Positions 63,571 to 64,000 of a stretch of DNA of 64,000 nt are shown here, piece after piece. Location: positions 992,001 through 1,056,000 of the forward strand of contig MU008159.1 of the NCBI GenBank assembly GCA_010909165.1, written 5' to 3'. The notes below the pieces were generated by a model that saw only the letters and a list, made by a program, of their open reading frames with translations, was not told the origin of the DNA and ran no database searches. Each line of letters starts with the position of its first letter. Position 1 is the stretch's first letter. Both the position numbers and the translations under genes were made by a program. This stretch comes from Anthoceros angustus. Its lineage: Eukaryota; Plantae; Anthocerotophyta.

Positions 63571-63990
63571 ATGGGGTATTTTTTCAGCTTCAATTCTTGG
63601 CGTTCTTTGTGCATCTTGAGTCTTGTCACAGGCAAAGATGGGAAGTTTACAAATCCTAGAGTTGGACGGACCTATTTAAGACACCAATGCGGCAGAGAAC
63701 TTGTTAAAGCCCAAGATTTAAATTCACGGCAAGGGTACACGAAAGTGCTAGGTTCGCAGGCTATCAATATATACCCTGAACGTGCAACGTTTAGTACCTG
63801 CGATTTTTTTGGATAGGTTAATTGTCTTGGTTATCACAAGAAGTATGGTAATGTGGGTATTGCTCCAAGAGTTGATTGTGCCTTGTGTATTGCATACATA
63901 CGTATCAAACTTCATACACAATATTGTGGGAAGTTTTTAGCAAGCGTCGGGTTGTTGATCACCCCTAAAACTACAATCGCGATAAGAAAA
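63571..63990 (+). pseudogene. Small secreted Cys-containing protein, type b (best-preserved copy), with an in-frame TAG at 63814-63816
   Basis: One continuous frame: MGYFFSFNSWRSLCILSLVTGKDGKFTNPRVGRTYLRHQCGRELVKAQDLNSRQGYTKVLGSQAINIYPERATFSTCDFFG*VNCLGYHKKYGNVGIAPRVDCALCIAYIRIKLHTQYCGKFLAS. Confidence 0.65.
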
Positions 63991-64000
63991 TATGCTAGTT

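Larger units (their letters stand above)
60716..64000 (+). repeat. Second copy of the type a + type b gene unit (28931-32060)
   Basis: Collinear throughout; differences are mostly small indels and tandem-repeat copy number. Confidence 0.9.

Noticed and set aside
63814-63816. U-to-C RNA editing rescuing the TAG, prompted by the nearby PPR fragments
   Set aside because: Such editing is organellar. This is transposon-rich nuclear DNA and the PPR piece is a fragment.

Overview
This is land-plant nuclear DNA, not prokaryotic or organellar. PLS-type PPR motifs, the Ty3/gypsy types and a LINE with a microsatellite tail suggest a seed-free plant such as a fern or lycophyte (inference). Contents: (1) three Ty3/gypsy families: A (+, chromovirus), B (-, present twice) and C (+). 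(2) A 4.36-kb CMC/CACTA-type DNA transposon with CCCTA...TAGGG ends that splits the RT of gypsy C (54121-58479). (3) An unclassified TIR element with a 4-bp TSD inside gypsy A (18722-25659), which holds a full-length LINE that splits a tRNA-like sequence. (4) A tandem cluster of small, putatively secreted Cys-containing protein genes, possibly SPH-like (29.2-37.8 kb and 61-64 kb). (5) PPR fragments, a solo LTR with its empty site in the window, and several minisatellites. Caveat: 1-18154 is a collinear copy of 41137-51021 in which six short intervals are replaced by 0.4-2.3 kb pieces of 55139-59478. All 12 switch points sit on perfect 9-11 nt microhomologies, and copies differ mainly by small deletions. 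This most likely reflects long-read consensus or assembly artefact, so frameshifts and copy numbers here are unreliable until checked against reads. Coordinates were read by eye, and domain edges are approximate.
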